Assembly: GCA_965214785.1 (NCBI GenBank)
Contig: OZ243975.1
Span: 132,914-196,913, forward strand
Length of the DNA: 64,000 nucleotides
Direction of reading: 5' to 3'
Source of the DNA: Arenicellales bacterium
GTDB lineage: Bacteria; Pseudomonadota; Gammaproteobacteria; Arenicellales; JAJDZL01
Shown here: one piece after another, positions 56,901-63,994 of the stretch
Position numbering within the stretch: position 1 is the first letter of the stretch
Layout of the letters: each line of letters opens with the position of its first letter
The notes under the pieces: generated by a model
Told to the model about the DNA's origin: nothing
Seen by the model: the letters and a program-made list of their open reading frames with translations, nothing else
Databases searched by the model: none
Program-made: the position numbers and the translations under genes

Positions 56901-58462
56901 TGTAAGTCAGGTGACCGATCGCATTGCGCATCGTAAGCTTGGGTTGTGATTTCGCAAACAGCGTTATTGTCATCTAACACCAGGCAGTTTCGATATTTAA
57001 GTACAGGTTGTCTGCCAGCGGTATAGCTGAGGTTCTCGTGAGCTTGAGGATTGATATCGATTTGAGTCTCTACAGATCCTTTGAGTTGTTTAAGTTGCTC
57101 GGCAGATGCAGCACTGATCGGGAAAAGCAGTGGATGGCGATAATTTTGCCTGTCCGATAAGACGGGTTCAGGCACTTGCGCGACAATAGCATGTGCGTTC
57201 GCGCCGCCGAATCCAAAAGAATTTACTGCAGCGACTCTGCGTTTGCCAGCGCGCTGTGCCCATCGTTGTGATTCAGTTGGAACCCGCAGCCGCAGCTTTT
57301 CGAAGTCAACATTTCGGTTTGCATTGGAGAAATTCAGATTTGGCGGAATAATTGCGTTTTTTACCGCCAGCACGGCCTTAATCAGTCCGGCAATGCCGGC
57401 GGCCGATTCACTGTGACCGATGTTGGTTTTTACTGAACCGATCGGCAACAAATCGCGGCGGTTTTGTCCTGCGTAGACCTCGCCAATCGAGTGAGCTTCA
57501 ATTACGTCGCCTGCTTGAGTACCGGTTCCGTGCGCTTCCACATAACCGACGTCATCGGCTGACAGATTGCATTGTTCAAGCGCCGTTCGCATCATGTTTT
57601 TTTGTGCATCTGCGCCAGGCGCCATCAAACCGGCTGTTTTGCCATCCTGATTTACGCTTGTTGAAACAATGGTTGCGTAGATTCGATCTCCATCGACAAG
57701 CGCGTCGCTAAGGCGTTTGAGCAATACCAGTCCGCCGCCTTCCGCGCGCACAAAACCATCAGCGCGGTCATCAAACGCACTGCATCGACCGGCTTTGGAC
57801 AGCATGGATGCTCTGGAAAATTCGATGTAACTTTCCGGCATACCAATGACATTGACGCCCCCGGCAAATGCTGCGTCTGCGACAGCGTTGTCGAGTGCCT
57901 GACAGGCGCTGTCAATCGCTGTCAATGACGACGAACATGCAGTGTCAATTGTGACGCTTGGACCGGTTAAATTAAAGGTATATGAAATTCGGTTCGCTGC
58001 AATGGCGTTGGCGCGGCCAAGACCGGTGTAGGAAGATATCTGTTGGTGGTCGCTGAGCATCAGCCGCTCGTAGTCGTGATTGATGACTCCGGTAAAAACG
58101 CCGGTGTTGACTGATTGGAGGTATTGAGGCGAAACGCCGGCGTCTTGCATGCAGCACCAGGCAAGTTCCAGCAAAATCCTCTGTTGTGGGTCGATATCGC
58201 GTGCCTCGCGATCGGTTATGCCGAAAAACGCCGCATCAAAACTGTCCACCGATTCGATAAAACCGCCAACTTTAGCAAATTGCGTTGATTCGCTTGATTC
58301 TAAGCGATCGAAAATTCGACTGTCCCATCGATTCGCAGGGATTGGCGTAATGCAATCGCGTTTGGAGGTAATATTGCGCCAGAACTTATCAATTGAGTTG
58401 GCGTGACCGGCAAATCGGCACGCCATCCCAACGATAGCAATGGGTGTCGACACGCGCTTCAT
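50999..58462 (-). CDS. Single-module, fully reducing type I polyketide synthase: KS-AT-DH-cMT-ER-KR-ACP
   Basis: Motifs with approximate plus-strand positions:
- KS DTACSSS 57925-57950, plus HGTGT and NIGHSE.
- AT GHSLGE 56593-56615.
- DH HTIRGEIVYP ~55665-55705.
- MT LEIGGGTAA 54228-54260.
- ER IHTASGGVG 52580-52612.
- KR VSGGAGGFG 51977-52007 and YSS...YAAAN.
- ACP GIDSL 51100-51127.

The stop falls 36 codons after the ACP serine. Confidence 0.9.
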   Translation of the reverse strand: MKRVSTPIAIVGMACRFAGHANSIDKFWRNITSKRDCITPIPANRWDSRIFDRLESSESTQFAKVGGFIESVDSFDAAFFGITDREARDIDPQQRILLELAWCCMQDAGVSPQYLQSVNTGVFTGVINHDYERLMLSDHQQISSYTGLGRANAIAANRISYTFNLTGPSVTIDTACSSSLTAIDSACQALDNAVADAAFAGGVNVIGMPESYIEFSRASMLSKAGRCSAFDDRADGFVRAEGGGLVLLKRLSDALVDGDRIYATIVSTSVNQDGKTAGLMAPGADAQKNMMRTALEQCNLSADDVGYVEAHGTGTQAGDVIEAHSIGEVYAGQNRRDLLPIGSVKTNIGHSESAAGIAGLIKAVLAVKNAIIPPNLNFSNANRNVDFEKLRLRVPTESQRWAQRAGKRRVAAVNSFGFGGANAHAIVAQVPEPVLSDRQNYRHPLLFPISAASAEQLKQLKGSVETQIDINPQAHENLSYTAGRQPVLKYRNCLVLDDNNAVCEITTQAYDAQCDRSPDLQQSDNRNLAFVFNGLGGHLGDAGRQLFQTEPVFRSIIDLCDSILKQRYQLKCVSEFFTRHQRPLPDDIVSTHCVHFTLQTALFELWKSWNVTPSTVMGHSLGEVAAACAAGCISIYDAIKIVVNRASALNQFTRHGAMLATAVSMDKALELVGQYKDELFIAAHNCDQSITFAGTNKCIKRIENKLSKSAVFCRVLEIHVPFHCRLIDSARDEVIAKTSGFSIKPRRLNWISSVSGKTITEDEIDSEFWWNNFREPVRFRDAMDTAVQNGICNFVEIGSHPTLSYSIVQCLQTKGVTGRHFQSLNQQKHDCAAMRTSVAELFCAGVDIDWRKINPPAQIVAFAEHHWERKRYWIEPQNKTTSISGQTNDSVNYPSLITSCDLSSHHWEMNIDIGQLAWLRKHTIRGEIVYPAAGYIESALQAGQQTLGTTSLEVSDIQFRQMLAVDSKPTSEQRKFLLEINNTENDNQLLFTVRSSCVAEPIIFCRGQLQCASVALDTDGIVKKFKNADVVDTPQNLFDELERMGLQAERTSWLIRKVKQINGEELLAKIDAGASVRLCDQQYLLDPGLLDLCFRLSWLTGKINREIYLPEKIERICYMHRPGSEVWCHLKVISKIENVLILNLTIFSDTAVIAQVSGLQLRALQCTDALEQDKDPQIVLPTWVPTQLAATHQAWFEPLSDSHCETIQKFCDTAAVRNKRHAYYSHVADQLTAVALSFIGDCFRCGGISNRNDVLTIRELKKNLRVAKTQEPLFGSLLALLERAAYVQIKPQTDNSPSANENLVFVKQDLPQGVRQAVVEFTGRFDSAQYLLEVILIERCGRHLPEVLRGEKSGLDVLFPQGDMTDLRKFYRASPTCLIYNEVITAVLRDLLSKWPFERPLKILEIGGGTAAVMFHLENLLTANNVEYTFTDVSSSFIRQARHNFGHLDNVSFDQFDLNADPQVQGFKENHFDIVIANDALHLATNPNHTMSFIDAILVPGGFLLFCEMIKQPDWAHLVFGMLPDWHNTANVHDTTNDTDDLISLWKQTLNSGNFKCTNIAADFVHDNAPLHAVFLAQCSKTDLPVSVNSKADTCKLIFSDSGEFSDRFTTSFGKNKTLRVIRGEQFSKNKQCYSMRPFEVGDYKELFQSIEKTAQQPQEIIILWNFTAPPAAQVEVSQLQTESSFTVMVSCLLKALDELTLALPRLTFVSSNVHQGDGISNLAQCFNAEIWSTGRTIRNEYRQSQCTIVDIDENCDNSIEALVQFIMHNDGHEEVSIRGSKLYVPVLRSIEANTTDFSSDRNYSLVCTEPGNLDSVNFTSTDFPVPSDFQVVVEVQAAALNFRDVMVALDALEQSAVFAGAAQDRLGIECAGVVVQVGCKVTKLIPGDRVVALSPAALSGYVSVNENFAYPLSIDTVGSNQAAGLPVSLITGLYSLAKIPDIGKNSSILIHTASGGVGLMLIALARQKGLRIFATAGSKEKTELLNLLGVEYVSDSRSKRFVEDVLRWTDGRGVDIVVNTLGGTLAEANQHVLSEFGSFIELGKYKDQNVIHQAIGSNNKNTSIHIVDIDRLWKDDPEQLSSLLRESMKLIEQQKLPLLPCEIFTARRAKQAFKSMASAQHIGKCVISMEDLPIARPLAPQLNFVRCDSTYVVSGGAGGFGLATVKWLSHNGAKHIITINRNQGNSQDFQKAKYEMEKSGTAVHHVAADICELSSLKKSLGKAMKLLPQVRGVFHCAMEINDHALTQVDSASYFQSAGAKVIGAWNLYQLTKHLQLDCFVMYSSITSLVGPAGQSAYAAANAFIDSFSSYLTDHGINALSVNWGGVSDCGYVADNLRRSDAINARYGVSGCSAEAMLNKLKSVLMNHPSPQVAIAAGQWANSHNERKSIDSDDRATPSAAKQIDRKSQNGSVSGPNDVADSVYNCICSVIGIPKDQIELEQLVVDLGIDSLQAVELSHQLRTKSNIQISAASLLESVSIQELINMR

Positions 58463-58532
58463 TGATTAGACAGTAGCAGCCTGAATGCTCAGTGTTTGGC
58501 AAATTGACTTTGGTCTCAAAGTGCCGTTACTG

Positions 58533-58850
58533 TTAGGCTTGCGAGTCTTTCGGTGCGCAGTAAATCTCATACAACACTTCAATCACTTTCAGGGCGTTTG
58601 GGTTCTTAATGCTGTAGTATTTGGTTTGAGAATTTCGACGCGCCTTGATAATTCCTTGTTTGCGCAGTTTTGCCAGATGCTGAGACAGCGAAGACTGTTC
58701 GGTGTCAAGCAGGATTTGCAATTCGCTGACAGATTTTTCTCCTTCCGCCAAGTGACACAAAATCATCAGCCGCTGTTCATTGGCAAGCTGTTTGAGAAAT
58801 CCACTTGCAGCGACTGCGCTGCTTTGAAGGTCGTTTGTGGAAATTTTCAT
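58533..58850 (-). CDS. soxR: ArsR/SmtB-family regulator, SoxR/sHdrR-like (two conserved-position cysteines)
   Basis: wHTH core SVSELQILLDTEQSSLSQHLAKLRKQGII. In the 105-aa version the cysteines are C32 (MILCHL) and C98 (EIYCAP). Divergent from soxX. The track ORF extends to TTG 58955, but I prefer the ATG at 58850. Confidence 0.7.
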   Translation of the reverse strand: MKISTNDLQSSAVAASGFLKQLANEQRLMILCHLAEGEKSVSELQILLDTEQSSLSQHLAKLRKQGIIKARRNSQTKYYSIKNPNALKVIEVLYEIYCAPKDSQA

Positions 58851-59004
58851 TTCGGTTGCTACCTGCGTGACAAAGTGAACTGACAATTCAACCGTGCTGC
58901 AAGGCAAAAGCAAGTTCGCTTCTTTTCGGTGAGTTGTGCATTGAAATTTTAGCAATTTTGCAGGTTCTCAAGAATAAAACTGTCCTGAATTTGCTTGCAA
59001 TACC

Positions 59005-59033
59005 TTGAAAAATAAAAAATTGTTGTATATAAA
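59005..59033 (+). promoter_or_regulatory. Putative sigma70 promoter for soxX
   Basis: TTGAAA (59005-59010), 17 nt, TATAAA (59028-59033), about 90 nt upstream of the soxX ATG. The region is AT-rich, so chance matches are possible. Confidence 0.3.
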
Positions 59034-59123
59034 TTCGCTCGTAACAAAAATAACAGTGAGTAAAAGAGAATTTTTACGCTCTATAGTGAACTATTTTACG
59101 TTTGAGGAGTCGAAACAAATACT

Positions 59124-59489
59124 ATGTTTAGAACAGTATTGAGTATTGCGGTTTTGCTGGCCTTTTTGCTTGCGCCTGTCGGTTTTTCGACATCAAGTTA
59201 TGCTGATGCGAGTGCTGATGTGATTGCTGAAGGCAAAGATCTGACACAAAATCGCCGAAAAGGCAATTGTTTGTCTTGTCACCTGATTGATGATGGTGTG
59301 TTCCCCGGAACACATGGGCCGCCGCTGATTTTTATGAAGCAGCGTTTCCCGGACAAGGCAAAGTTGCGGGCGCGCATCTGGGATGCGACCGCGGCAAATC
59401 CGAATTCGATGATGCCGCCTTTCGGACGTCATGGTATTCTTACAGATGACGAGATTGACAAAATTACAGAATATATTTACACGTTGTAG
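59124..59489 (+). CDS. soxX: SoxX, monoheme cytochrome c subunit of SoxXA
   Basis: Signal peptide. Single CLSCH heme motif. 121 aa. First gene of the sox string. Confidence 0.85.
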   Translation: MFRTVLSIAVLLAFLLAPVGFSTSSYADASADVIAEGKDLTQNRRKGNCLSCHLIDDGVFPGTHGPPLIFMKQRFPDKAKLRARIWDATAANPNSMMPPFGRHGILTDDEIDKITEYIYTL

Positions 59490-59504
59490 TAGTGGAGGTA
59501 TGAA

Positions 59505-59975
59505 ATGATTACTGAACAAAGAAGAACGGTCCTCAAAGGTGCTTTGGCAGCTGGGCTCACTACCCTTGCTGCGTCTTGGGGCTTGCTGAGCACTTCGGCG
59601 TTTGCCGCGCGCCCGCAGATGGCCTTCGATGCAGATATGCTGGACGACACTATAAAGGCTTTATTTGGTGAAACGAGCATCGAAGACAGTGCCGACATCA
59701 CGGTCAAGGGACCAGAAATCGCTGAAAACGGCGCGGTTGTACCGATTCAGGTGACGACCAGTCTTCAAAACGTAGAATCAATTGCAATCGTCGTGCCGGA
59801 AAATCCAGCACCGATGGTCGCTTCATTCGATTTGCAGCCAGGGTCAGTTCCGGATGTTTCTGTGCGAATCAAAATGGGAAAAACTTCCGATGTTATCGCT
59901 TTAGTCAAGTCCGACGGACAGGTTTACCGTGGTTCGAAGGAAGTGAAAGTGACTATTGGCGGCTGCGGCGGATAA
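59505..59975 (+). CDS. soxY: SoxY sulfur-carrier protein
   Basis: Tat-like signal (QRRTVLKG). Canonical C-terminus VTIGGCGG-stop. Confidence 0.92.
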   Translation: MITEQRRTVLKGALAAGLTTLAASWGLLSTSAFAARPQMAFDADMLDDTIKALFGETSIEDSADITVKGPEIAENGAVVPIQVTTSLQNVESIAIVVPENPAPMVASFDLQPGSVPDVSVRIKMGKTSDVIALVKSDGQVYRGSKEVKVTIGGCGG

Positions 59976-59991
59976 GAAAGGAGATACAACT

Positions 59992-60303
59992 ATGTCTATG
60001 AAAGTTAAAGCCAAACAAGGCAGTGACGGAAACGTCCAAGTAAAAATGCTTATCAAACATCCCATGGAAACCGGTCAACGCAAAGACAGCAAAACCGGTC
60101 AGCCGATTCCGGCGCACTTTGTGGATGTTGTCACTTGCGAGTGGAACGGCCAGGAATTGATTCGTGCACACTGGGGACCGGCGATTTCCAGAAATCCGTA
60201 TCTTTCGTTCAGATTGAGCGGCCCTCAAAAGGGCGATACGCTGATGCTGCGCTGGCATGATAACAAAGGCGAAGGCGGTGAAACTGAAGCCGCTGTCGGA
60301 TAA
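59992..60303 (+). CDS. soxZ: SoxZ
   Basis: ATG at 59992 with RBS AAAGGAG. The ~103-aa sequence MSMKVKAKQ...MLIKHPMETGQRKD is typical of SoxZ. The track ORF's upstream part overlaps soxY. Confidence 0.9.
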   Translation: MSMKVKAKQGSDGNVQVKMLIKHPMETGQRKDSKTGQPIPAHFVDVVTCEWNGQELIRAHWGPAISRNPYLSFRLSGPQKGDTLMLRWHDNKGEGGETEAAVG

Positions 60304-60334
60304 CTTGCATCCGAGATAACCGGAGGATCACTCA

Positions 60335-61171
60335 ATGAAAAGTAAACTAATTGCAGTCTTGGCAGGCAGCATTTTGGCAGGGGTTTCGTTCCTGTCTTTT
60401 GCATCGCCGGAAGACGATCGCAAAGCATTTGAAAATTATTACCTGACAAAGTTTCCGGATACGCAGCATGCGGATTTCATCAACGGTGTCTATTCGATTG
60501 ACCAGGCTTCCAGAAGCCAGTGGGAGACCTTGGAAGAGTTTCCGCCGTATGAACTTGCGCTGAGCCGGGGTGAAGAAGCATTCAATACTCCGTTTGCCAA
60601 TGGCAAGACGTATGCAGATTGTTTCGAAAACGGAGGCATTGGAATCCGTCAGAACTATCCGTACTTCGATGCCGAACAAGGACAGGTGGTTACGCTGGAG
60701 TTAGCGATTAACCAGTGTCGAGAAGCCAATAGTGAAAAACCGTTGCGCTGGAAAAAGGGCGATATCGCTGCAATTTCCGCATACATGGCATACACCTCGC
60801 GCGGTGAGCCAATTAATGTGGTGATTCCCGATGACCCGCGAGCTATGGCAGCCTATGACCAAGGCAAGCAGTTTTACTACACCAAGCGGGGACAATTGAA
60901 CTTTGCTTGTGCAGACTGTCATGTCGGTGGCTCTGGCGGCTATATTCGAACAGAATTGCTCAGTCCAGCATTAGGTCACGCCAGCCATTTTCCCGTATAT
61001 CGACTTAAATGGGGCGAGATCGGCACATTGCATCGCCGCTTCGGTGGCTGTAACTCTCAGGTCAGAGCGAAGTCATTTCCAGCACAAAGTGAACAATATC
61101 GGAATCTGGAATATTTCCTGACCTACATGAGCAACGGATTGATTTTCAATGGACCTGGTGTCCGTAAGTAA
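60335..61171 (+). CDS. soxA: SoxA, monoheme type
   Basis: Signal peptide. A single CxxCH (CADCH) plus the distal Cys-ligand context RFGGCNSQ. The N-terminal domain lacks a heme motif (YADCFENGG). Confidence 0.88.
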   Translation: MKSKLIAVLAGSILAGVSFLSFASPEDDRKAFENYYLTKFPDTQHADFINGVYSIDQASRSQWETLEEFPPYELALSRGEEAFNTPFANGKTYADCFENGGIGIRQNYPYFDAEQGQVVTLELAINQCREANSEKPLRWKKGDIAAISAYMAYTSRGEPINVVIPDDPRAMAAYDQGKQFYYTKRGQLNFACADCHVGGSGGYIRTELLSPALGHASHFPVYRLKWGEIGTLHRRFGGCNSQVRAKSFPAQSEQYRNLEYFLTYMSNGLIFNGPGVRK

Positions 61172-61191
61172 TGAGTGAGTCGGAGAATAAA

Positions 61192-61515
61192 ATGAAACTG
61201 AATGTAAAAGGTTTTTTAATCGGTCTGGTTGCATTTGCAATGTCTTCGTCTTCAGTGCTATGGGCATCTGAACCGACTGCTGAAGACTTTAACGTTGCCT
61301 TCGCAGCGGCAAATGAAGCGAGAAAAATGGCCTCTGAAGCCGGTCACGAATGGCGCGATACCGGCAAGATTTTAAAATCTGCCCAAGAAAGCGCCCAGCA
61401 AGGCGATCTTGCAAAAGCAATGAAGCTGGTGGCAACAGCACAATTGCAAAGCGATGCAGCTATTTTTCAGGCTGAAAGAGAGTCGACTTTGTGGGAGAGC
61501 CGGGTCATACGGTAA
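61192..61515 (+). CDS. Small periplasmic protein downstream of soxA (possible SoxK-like SoxXA-binding subunit)
   Basis: ATG at 61192 with RBS GGAGAA. Signal peptide MKLNVKGFLIGLVAFAMSSSSVLWA/SEP. Helical, Ala/Glu/Gln-rich mature part. An alternative ATG at 61171 overlaps the soxA stop. The SoxK assignment rests on position and on the monoheme SoxA only. Confidence 0.45.
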   Translation: MKLNVKGFLIGLVAFAMSSSSVLWASEPTAEDFNVAFAAANEARKMASEAGHEWRDTGKILKSAQESAQQGDLAKAMKLVATAQLQSDAAIFQAERESTLWESRVIR

Positions 61516-61706
61516 TCGCGCGCCGGTACTACGCAAATTACAGCGGTTGTATTAGCACCGCTGTTGAAGTTGTGGTTTTGTTACGGCGAGTGAGCGAATA
61601 ACGCATATCGCGAAAAGTGCGCACAACGCTTTGGGTGGCGATAAGTTTTCGGTTGACGGTAACGGAAAACTTATCCGCTGCCGGAATTTGAATGTAGGTG
61701 CGAAAT

Positions 61707-63458
61707 ATGAGCATGGACCGCCGTGAATTTTTGCAGATACTTGCAGCAGCAAGTGCCGCGGGGTTTACTCCGCAGGCACTTGCGTCTTCAGCGGATTTGT
61801 ATGATATCCCCACCTTCGGTGATGTCCGTCTTTTACACATCACCGACAGTCACGCCCAATTAAATCCGGTTTATTATCGCGAACCGCATGTCAATATGGG
61901 CTTCGCCGAAGCGATGGGCCGACCACCGCATGTTCTCGGCGAGGAATTCTTCAATCTTTTCGACGTCACACCTCGCTCTGCCGAGGCTTATGCATTTACC
62001 TATATTGATTTTGTCGAATTGTCAGAAAAATTTGGCAAAGCAGGTGGATATGCGTATCTAAAAACACTCGTCGACAGACTTCGAGGCGAGTTCGGCGCCG
62101 AACGCACCTTGCTGCTTGATGGCGGCGACAGCTGGCAGGGAAGTGGCACTGCACTGTGGACGCGCGGCATGGATATGGTGACAGCCAACAATCTTCTCGG
62201 TGTTGATATAGCGACCGGCCACTGGGAATTTACTTATGAGGCGCAGGAACTGCAAAAAAACCTTGCTGCCTTCAATGGCGAGTTTGTCGCGCAAAATATT
62301 TTTCTGACAGAAGATGCGTTATTTGAAGACAAGCCGGCATTTGACGAATTTACCGGTCATGCATTCCAGCCCTACACAATGAGAACATTAGGCGGCCGCG
62401 ACATCGCAGTGATCGGACAGGCATTTCCGTATACACCCATCGCCAATCCGCGGCGAAATATCCCAGACTGGTCTTTCGGCATTCGTGCTCAGGAAATGCA
62501 GGAATTGATCGATTCGATCCGAGTCAATGAGAGTCCTGACGCGATCGTACTGCTTTCGCATAATGGCTTTGATGTTGACATGAAACTCGCCAAGATTGTC
62601 AGCGGTATTGATGTCATACTTGGCGGACATACGCATGATGCGGTTCCAGCTGCGCTGCAGGTAGACAATGAAGCCGGCAGGACTTTGGTCACAAATGCCG
62701 GATCGAATGCCAAGTTTGTAGGGGTATTTGATATTGAATTTGGACAAAAGGGAGTCAAGGACTATCGTTATCGCCTATTGCCGGTTTTAAGTCGCTATCT
62801 TGAACCTGATTCACAGATGCTCTCGTTAATCAATCAAATACGCGAGCCTTATCTTGATCGGTTAACAGAAAAACTGGCGATTACCGATTCACTGCTTTTT
62901 CGAAGAGGCAACTTTAACGGAACTTTCGATGAGTTAATATGCAATGCAATGCTCAGTGCCAGTGATGCTCAGATTGCTTTGTCTCCCGGATTTCGTTGGG
63001 GCACATCTGTTTTGCCAGGCAGTTCGATCACAATGGAAGATGTTTTGTCCCAGACCGCCATGACCTATCCGGAGACCTATGTACGGGAAATGTCGGGAGA
63101 AACTCTAAAGCTGATTTTAGAGGATGTTGCAGACAATTCATTTAACGTCGATCCTTTTTACCAGCAAGGTGGAGATATGGTGCGAGTTGGCGGCATGTCA
63201 TACACCATTGAACCTGAAAAGACGTTCGGTTCGAGAATTTCTGATATCAGACTGTCAGATGGTCAGATGATGGAGGCGAGCAAGAACTATCAGGTTGCAG
63301 GCTGGGCTACCGTAGGAGAGGTCTCGCCCGGCCCACCCATATGGGAGTTGGTAGCGCAATACCTAAGAGACAAACAGGTGGTTTCAATTGACGAGTTGAC
63401 TCTGCCGAATATTGTTTTAAAGCAGCTAAATCCTGGGTTGAATAAATGGAGTCTGTGA
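61707..63458 (+). CDS. soxB: SoxB thiosulfohydrolase (5'-nucleotidase/metallophosphoesterase family)
   Basis: Tat signal MSMDRREFLQILAAASAAGF. Metallophosphoesterase motifs (LLHITDSHAQ, LDGGDSWQGS, GHWEF, SHNGFDVD, GGHTHD). RBS AGGTG before the ATG at 61707. Confidence 0.9.
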   Translation: MSMDRREFLQILAAASAAGFTPQALASSADLYDIPTFGDVRLLHITDSHAQLNPVYYREPHVNMGFAEAMGRPPHVLGEEFFNLFDVTPRSAEAYAFTYIDFVELSEKFGKAGGYAYLKTLVDRLRGEFGAERTLLLDGGDSWQGSGTALWTRGMDMVTANNLLGVDIATGHWEFTYEAQELQKNLAAFNGEFVAQNIFLTEDALFEDKPAFDEFTGHAFQPYTMRTLGGRDIAVIGQAFPYTPIANPRRNIPDWSFGIRAQEMQELIDSIRVNESPDAIVLLSHNGFDVDMKLAKIVSGIDVILGGHTHDAVPAALQVDNEAGRTLVTNAGSNAKFVGVFDIEFGQKGVKDYRYRLLPVLSRYLEPDSQMLSLINQIREPYLDRLTEKLAITDSLLFRRGNFNGTFDELICNAMLSASDAQIALSPGFRWGTSVLPGSSITMEDVLSQTAMTYPETYVREMSGETLKLILEDVADNSFNVDPFYQQGGDMVRVGGMSYTIEPEKTFGSRISDIRLSDGQMMEASKNYQVAGWATVGEVSPGPPIWELVAQYLRDKQVVSIDELTLPNIVLKQLNPGLNKWSL

Positions 63459-63994
63459 ACATGAAGTCTTTAAGATTTATTTCATTTATTGTTGTTTTAT
63501 GCGCATGTTTTGGCCTTACGCAGGTTTCTGCAGAAATTCGATCACCGGAAAACTATTTTTTTCATCAGACATTTGGCGATTTAACAGAGGAAGTTGAAAT
63601 AGCCAAAGAGGAAGGGCAGGTTAGTATTATGGTGATGTTTGAGCTAAATGACTGTCCATGGTGTGAACGCATGAAACACACGGTGTTGAATCAGTCTGAT
63701 ATTCAGGACTATTACCGCAAACATTTTCGAATTCTAATGATGAATGTTGAGGGAGACAATATCATTACAGATTTCGACGGAACGGAAATTCTAGAAAAAG
63801 ATTGGGCTTTAAAACACAATCGTATTCGCGCAACTCCGGTATTCTTGTTTTTGGATCTGGATGGAAAACGGGTGACAAGGTTTACCGGTGCTACGAAAAA
63901 TGCCGAAGAATTTATGCTGCTTGGAAAATTTGTGGTGGAAGGTCATTACAAAGACACCAACTTTGTGAAATACAAACGTAAAATGTTGAAATAA
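63446..63994 (+). CDS. soxW: Periplasmic thioredoxin-like protein (SoxW-like)
   Basis: Signal peptide MKSLRFISFIVVLCACFGLTQVSA (from the ATG at 63461). CxxC motif NDCPWCERM. Overlaps the soxB end. Confidence 0.7.
   Translation: MESVNMKSLRFISFIVVLCACFGLTQVSAEIRSPENYFFHQTFGDLTEEVEIAKEEGQVSIMVMFELNDCPWCERMKHTVLNQSDIQDYYRKHFRILMMNVEGDNIITDFDGTEILEKDWALKHNRIRATPVFLFLDLDGKRVTRFTGATKNAEEFMLLGKFVVEGHYKDTNFVKYKRKMLK

Noticed and set aside
51013-58406. Numerous 60-180-aa ORFs on both strands within the PKS gene (for example 53765..54301 on the plus strand)
   Set aside because: All are nested in or antisense to a 7.5-kb ORF that has an unbroken series of catalytic motifs.
58851-58955. 35-codon N-terminal extension (TTG start) of the ArsR-like regulator
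   Set aside because: ArsR/SmtB proteins are ~100-120 aa. The extension is Cys/Thr/Leu-rich with no helix pattern. The internal ATG gives a standard 105-aa protein. The RBS evidence is weak for both starts, so this remains uncertain.
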